A stretch of 64,000 bases of DNA, from the NCBI GenBank assembly GCA_907165135.1, contig OU015568.1:5890001-5954000 (forward strand), read 5' to 3'. Numbering within the stretch: the stretch's first letter is position 1; the number at the start of each line of letters is the position of its first letter. Source of the stretch: Oikopleura dioica (Eukaryota; Animalia; Chordata). The notes below the pieces were generated by a model. It was not told the DNA's origin. It ran no database searches and was given only the letters and a program-made list of their open reading frames with translations. The position numbers and the translations under genes were made by a program. Positions 58,123 through 64,000 of this stretch are shown in pieces.

Positions 58123-60167
58123 TTAGTGAATGGACTTGTATCCTTCAGGACAAATGTCAGGAATTCCACAGGAACCGAACAATCTGTCAGCTTTCAGGCA
58201 GAGTGTGATTGAGCATTGAAGGTAGAGCTCGAAGGTCGACTCGATTTTGTCGAAGGTGAACGACTCGTAGCTTTTTTGGCTTTCAACTTTTTGATTTACT
58301 GGGAAGTCTTAATTGGCAGTTGTCAATTAAGAAGCAATTTGCATTTATTTTGAAAATAAAAACTATAATTGGTCATGAACAAATCACAATGTGTATTTTT
58401 AGTGTGAATACAGAGCGATGCATGAAATAATTTAATTTTAGACCAATCAGACTCTAGAATTTTCCGCAGCTTTTATAAGCAAATCAAAGCCCTGCCTAAA
58501 ATCTATCATTTTCGAAGAATACGGTTCGGCTGAATGCATCTCCGTCTTTGCCAAGTCCGACAAGCAGCCATCCTTGATCACCATGAAGTCTTTCTCACTC
58601 TCCTGGCTTGAAATCGTGCACTGTTCAACAAAAAATTCAACCGGGAAGCTTGAATCAAACTCTTCCCTCCACTCTACTCGTGCGTTGACTCGATCACCGA
58701 TCAGCAGATTTGCTGCGTCGATTTCAGTCTCGTAAGAAGAACTTTTGTAGAATTTGATCCCGAAGGTTTGGTCCCAATTCACGAATTTTTCGATGTTGGA
58801 ATTGACGATGTTGGTTGTGACGGAATACTTTGATCTGTCAGTAGTAGTGGAAGACGTATAAAAGCAATTAAACCCAAACTCGGACGAAAAATCATTCGCG
58901 AAGAAGATTCTAGCGCCGGCCATCGTCTTCTTCGTAAAATGAAACACCTGCGAAAACTTGATCAAAAGTCCTTCATCCACTTCCGAAGACTCCGCTGTCA
59001 TTCCGCACTGCCCGAGCTTGATGGAAAAAGAAATGCCGGATTTTTCCTCGTCGTAGGAAATGATCGGATCGCAATTTTCTTCGGAGAAATTGAGGAGTTC
59101 GCTGATGTCACTCGCGATGAGCTCGGGATCGTTGAATGCGTCCAAGCGGATGAAGCCTTCCATTCGGTCGGACTTGCACTAGAATCTTTAATTGAAGAGC
59201 TCTCCCCTTTCTGGTCTTTTCATTACCTCAAGTTTCAAGCAATCCGGATTGGCAATAACACACGATTTCTTCGAATCATCATGTGCCCAGCAACCAGTCT
59301 TGTCCTGATCCACCGTCGCGTCGTAGAATGAATACGAGCTCAGGCATTCATTCGATTTGGAACTTCCCACAGCGGAAGTGTGAGCGATTGCCAACGACTC
59401 CTGAAAAGTTCCATCTCCGCGGGCAATGTCGATTTCTCTCTTTTGCATCGGCTTCTTGTCGATCATCACGTCGATGACGTCGATCAGTTCGGTCCGGTTC
59501 AGAGCGCCTAGAATTTCTGAATCGGGAATTAACTTACCGCCGCGGTGGAAGTGCAGCGCTGGGTACGCGTGGACCCCAAGTTCGTTGCACTTTTCTTCGT
59601 AAAATGAACAGTCGAAAGTTGCAACTAAAAATTTCTCAACAAAAAGAGAGAAAATTCGATGTTACATTGAATATCATCTCCCCAAATCTTCTCCCTTCCC
59701 AAATCGACCAAATCTTCCGTCATTTTCGAGCAGGGCGCTTCGCACCAGTCAACATGAAAGCTGACAACTGACAGTTTCGGCTCTTCGACAAACAGGTCGA
59801 AAGTATTTTCCGAGATGGGAATGACGACGTCTTCTGGCGCCGGTCCAGTCGCATCGAGCAGAAATTTTTTTAGTTCAAAAACTGACCTGTCAAGAAGATC
59901 CGGAAAATCGGCGTAGTGCTCGTCGTTTTTGTAAAGAATGATTTTCGGAAATTTCGTGATTCCTAGGTTTCCGCAGAAGATCGCTTTTTCCATGCAGTTG
60001 ATTGTCTCTAGCTCGATTTTACTGTCCGTTACTCTACGAAGCTCTTTCCAGACGTCATTCAATCTGTAGCAAGGGCCGCACCAGGGCGTTCCAAATCTCA
60101 CGAGCTTAAAAACGTCCTCTGCGTTGGCCAAAAGGGCAAAAGGGCCGAAAAAAGGCAAAAGTTTCAT
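58123..60167 (-). CDS. Secreted protein with two thioredoxin-like domains fused to a ZP domain
   Basis: Signal peptide, WCGPC, second Trx fold with WCEAPC, then an open frame through HFHRGGKLIPDSEILGALNRTEL. ZP-N starts CLKLE-CKSDRMEGFI. ZP-C includes FFVEQCTI, VIKDGC, FSYESFTF, LYLQCSITLC. No TM segment. Confidence 0.8.
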
Positions 60168-60532
60168 TTTCGATTTTTCTTGGTAATGAAAGAAAAAAGC
60201 CTTGAACACGGCAAATATGGGCGAAAAAAGCGCCGCCTCCTCAAGTGGCGAGTTTTGGTGAAACGTGTGGTTGAGCACCAAATAAGCGCCTTGGCTCACG
60301 TTGATGGGGAGATAATTATATTTGCGTGTTTTGACCAATAATTTCCGCGTGTCTTAATGCTTCCTTGATGTGCGTGTCACAAGCTGCAGTATCATAAGAT
60401 TGCTCTTTTTTTTCGAAAACTTTGTAAAAAAAGTCAATTTTGATGTTCTCATTTATTCTGATAAAATCAAGAAGATATTTTAAAAAACAGTTTTATAATT
60501 GTACAGTTGTCAAGACATGGGCTGTCGATAAT

Positions 60533-61684
60533 TTACTCATCGTCGTGGTGATGGTCGTGTTCGTGATCGTGGTGGTGGTCGTCCTCGTGGTAGTTGTTGA
60601 GCCAGTCGTAGTCTCGGAACTCTCGTTCGCGGTCGAAGTTTCGCTCGTTTCGGAAAGCGGCTTTGAAGGCGGCGGAGGAGTCCGAGTAGAAGATGACGTT
60701 TCGGTCGGCAAGAGGCTTGGAAAATGAATGAGAGAGGGGTTCGGAGACTGGTCGTCTTACCTGGACTGGTCGGAAGTTGTCTTCGATGTGTTCATCAGCA
60801 AGATCAGCGGATCGGAGCAAATTGGCAGCCTAAACAAGAGGAGGTAATGGCATGTATGTTGTCTAAACTTACGGTTTGTCGGCTGATTCGGATGGGGTCC
60901 TTGAATACGGTCCACTGGACGGCTTCGGAGCATGGTGGGGTGGTGAGGGATCCTTCGTATCGGTAGAAGTTGGAGAGATCGACGCCTTCGATCAAGTTGC
61001 TGATGGAGAAATCGAAGTGTCGGAAGGATCCGTCTTCGTTGCCCTTGAGAGGGATAGAGGGGGTTTGATATGAACGCAAGTTACCTGTTTGTTCGAGTGC
61101 CATCGAAGTCGTCGGGCAAGTTCGCCAATGGCCTCGTTGGATTCGTCACCATCGGTGACCTCGATCATGAAGCCAAGGACGGCAAGACCGTCGCCGAGGC
61201 CAAGACCGGTAACGAGGTCGATGTCGGATCGGTAGTGGACGAAGTGGACCTCGGCGAAGGTGTGGTGTCCATTGATGGTGTGTTCGGAGCCACCCTGGCC
61301 GGCCTTGTCACCCCAGTGGAAGTGGAAAGAGTGGAACTAGGGAAAAGAGTGGTGCTATTGAAGAGGGTGGTTTTTGAGTACCTGGTATTCGTTGCCAATG
61401 TGTCCGCCAGAGAACTTAGCGTCGTAGTCGTCAGAAGTGAGGACGATGGTGTGCTCGTTGTCAGCAAAGTTCCAGGAAGCCTGCTGATCGTAGCCGGTCA
61501 TGTTCCAGTTCTCAGCGCAGTCCATGAAGTGGAAGTTTCTGTAAGTGTAGTCCAAGTCGATTGGCGACCCGCGGACCTGGTCGGTGCACTCGTCTCCCCA
61601 GGAGGAGCCATCGACTCCGAAGGTTTCGGGGTATTCCCAGGAGGCGGCGAGGGCAGAGGCGGTAACTAAGAAAAGAAATGTCAA
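60533..61684 (-). CDS. Secreted alpha carbonic anhydrase with a His/Asp-rich C-terminal tail
   Basis: GSPID, NEHT, HFHWG, GSEHTING, AEVHFVH, LAVLG, FYRYEGSLTTPPCSEAVQW, DNFRPVQ-PLADRNV. The three Zn ligands are present. The first exon is uncertain. Confidence 0.93.
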
Positions 61685-62341
61685 TATGGTACTTGCTTGG
61701 TTTTGTTCTTCGTCTTACATATTTCGTCTGTATATAGAATAGTCAATATTGGTTAATATATGAGTTCTTATTGAAGTCATGATGGTTGTATATTGAATAT
61801 TTTTGCGACTCTGCAGCTCTCTTGGAAACTTTACCGGTGGCAAGGAGTTTCATTTTCGAATGATTCTAACCAAAAGCGAGCTAAGTTGCTGGCATATGTA
61901 AGCAGCTCGTAAAAAGGAAGGATCGTTCGTTTCCGCCCAAAAAACGCCGATCGAGGGAGAGCGCGAGCTGACGGCTCAGACGACGTTACGACCCGGCAGC
62001 GGGTTTTACGGGCTTTTCTGGGTCAGCTACGATCATCGATGTCTAAATATCTCTTCGGCGTTTATGATGATGGACATTTTATCAGCGATTTTCTATCAAA
62101 GATAAATGGATAATAGAGCATTTTTTCTGCATTAATAAAAGATTTTTCAAAAAAAAAATTTATTAAATAATTAATTTTAATTATAATTAATTATTTATTT
62201 TTTAAATAAAATCAAAGAGGTTAATAATATTTTTTATTCTTTACAAAGAATTCAAATCAATAAAGCGCAGATTTTGGAATTTATTGATTTGTGATGATTA
62301 TAAAATCGTTGTTTTGTCGAAGCTGGTGGCAGATTGCTTTT

Positions 62342-64000
62342 ATGGCCATGAAGCCGTTTTTACGAAGACAGAGTACTCTTGTTCAAGACGCGCGTCAACA
62401 AATTGCTAAAGCCAGGTTTTTTTTCTCAGAACGATCGATTTTCATAAATCATCAATTTTCAAATCTAGGGCGAAAGTGGAAGCCAAGAACCTGTACTTTT
62501 ACTTGAAGCAGAACAGCGATGATGTTTCTACGACTCAGGAACTGTCGATCATCTTTCAAATTTTGGTTGCTAATCGAGTCGGAGTCCAGCGATTCCGTCA
62601 AGTGGTTCCGAGAAATCCCGGGCGGGCTTCTCTCGCGAGAAAGTTGTCGAAGGCTTCGATTGGATCGGATGACTTGGAAGATGTTTTCTTGCAAATTGAT
62701 GAACCAAAAGTATGAGCTCGGCTCGGAAACCTGCGTAGAAAAGGGCCTGAGTCAGGGTCATTTTATTTGAACTTTTTCAGACCCTGACTCAGGTTTTCTA
62801 CACAGATTCCTGAGCTTAACATAACGGTTTCAGGACAATTCGAGTCAAATTTTTGTATTTAGAAAATTTTGTCATCATCTGCGACAATCGTCGTCATCGA
62901 AATCAAAGCACCTGAATTTGTGCTCGAGGTAAGCTGGGTCTAAGCCGGGAGTATAAAACTTGACGATGGCGGTGGTTACTTAAAATGAAAAAACTGCAAA
63001 ACAGAGTCGTTAACCTAGATGACCTTGTAGCGCGATTTATGTTTCTTTCCGCTCTTTGTGGGAGGGTTAATTTGTTTCCGTAACCTTGAAGTTTTGTTTT
63101 CTTTTCAGGGAATCTATCGAGCAGTAGAAGAGCAAGGAGTTATCCGAGCGGATGGAGCGTTCAACCGCAAGCCAGTTTCTGGGAGTTTTCCGCGATCAAG
63201 AGCAGATCTTTGCTGCGTCAAGGAGTTTATCGATCTTGCGCCAGATCATCCAGGCTTTGTTCAGTTCTGTTTGTCGACTTATATATTTGAAAATTTTTAT
63301 TGAGCGAATAAAAAGGATCAAAAGACGCGGAATATGTAACCCGGCGAAGAATGATTAACGACTTGGTAAGTCTAAAAAATCATCAAATAATGGTTAATCC
63401 ATCTCTTTAATTAAGGTTCGCCAGAACTCCCACTCACTGCCAACTGTATCTTACACCGACGAAGAAGAACTTTGCTGGAGAACGATTTACAGCCGACTTC
63501 AAAAACTATGGCCGACATACGCCTGCTCGAGATTTCAAGAAGGATTGAAAATTCTGGAAGAAAGCGGCGTCGTGAAGCAAAATCAAATTCCGAACTTGCA
63601 GCAAGTTTCGGATTTTCTTGAAGAAACAACCGGATTTATTCTGAAACCAGCTTCTGGTCTTTGCTCGGCGAGGGATTTTCTCAATTGTTTGGCGATGAAA
63701 GTAAGGCTTGATCAAAATAATTCCCGAATTTATCCGTTTTTTCAGGCCTTCCCGTGTACTTTATACATGCGTCACCACAGCGAGCCGGGCTACTCTCCAG
63801 AGCCAGACCTGGTCCACGAAATACTTGGACACGTGCCTCTGCTCGTAAAAAAAATCGCCCAACTTTTCAAAATTAAAAAAATTATTTTCATTTTCAGCTG
63901 TTAGATGATGTGGCGGAATTCACCCAGAAAATCGGCCTCGCGAGTTTGGTCGCCTCGGACGAGGAAATTGAAGAACTGGCGAGGCTGTATTGGTATTCGG
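62342..64000 (+). CDS. TH: Aromatic amino acid hydroxylase, tyrosine hydroxylase-like; 3' end outside the window
   Basis: N-terminal [12 protein letters not shown] resembles the TH RRQSLIEDARK regulatory motif. Also [46 protein letters not shown]. Confidence 0.85.

Noticed and set aside
59517-59537. GTAAG...CAG as an intron separating the Trx and ZP parts
   Set aside because: It is only 21 nt, shorter than any other intron here. Reading through it is in frame and gives a normal Trx C-terminal segment.
60493-60711. Thr-rich mucin-like stalk as the carbonic anhydrase C-terminus
   Set aside because: It is the alternative frame of the His-rich exon. The conserved RPVQ-PLxxRxV motif and the splice phase select the other frame.
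61070-61669. 199-aa plus-strand ORF, and similar long ORFs at 3095-3385, 9864-10313, 29506-29853 and 41976-42503
   Set aside because: These are antisense shadows of real coding exons on the other strand, with no independent motifs.
1-64000. tRNA, rRNA, snRNA or spliced-leader RNA genes
   Set aside because: None was recognised by eye. A covariance-model scan (tRNAscan-SE, Infernal/Rfam) would be needed to exclude them.

Overview
Eukaryotic, very compact animal DNA. Introns are mostly 40-60 nt, several have GA-AG or GC-AG ends, and genes show operon-like spacing. These features point to the larvacean tunicate Oikopleura (inference from sequence style, not verified by search). In order, the window holds: a DEG/ENaC channel (partial), an atypical kinase fused to a papain-like domain, scrambled fragments of an arylsulfatase and a PLA2-like gene, a GT31 glycosyltransferase (probably damaged), a carbohydrate sulfotransferase head-to-head with an arylsulfatase, a MITE-rich stretch, a Shaker-family K+ channel with a Cys-rich PAN/apple-like insert in its S1-S2 loop, a second DEG/ENaC, an ARSB-like sulfatase, an inverted sulfatase pseudogene, a Tctex1-domain protein, a catalytically altered PLA2-like gene, a second kinase-protease fusion, an IRF4/8-like factor, a TMEM17-NFS1-TUFM run, a thioredoxin-thioredoxin-ZP fusion, an alpha carbonic anhydrase with a His/Asp tail, and the 5' part of tyrosine hydroxylase. 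At least six non-autonomous inverted-repeat element families are present, one with about 23 copies. No transposase, rRNA, tRNA or CRISPR array was recognised. The strongest novelty candidates are three unusual domain fusions (Kv+PAN-like, kinase+papain-like, Trx-Trx-ZP) and a patchwork duplication at 1-5.7 kb with inverted-repeat elements at its junctions. All gene models were spliced by hand and need RNA-seq and profile-search confirmation.
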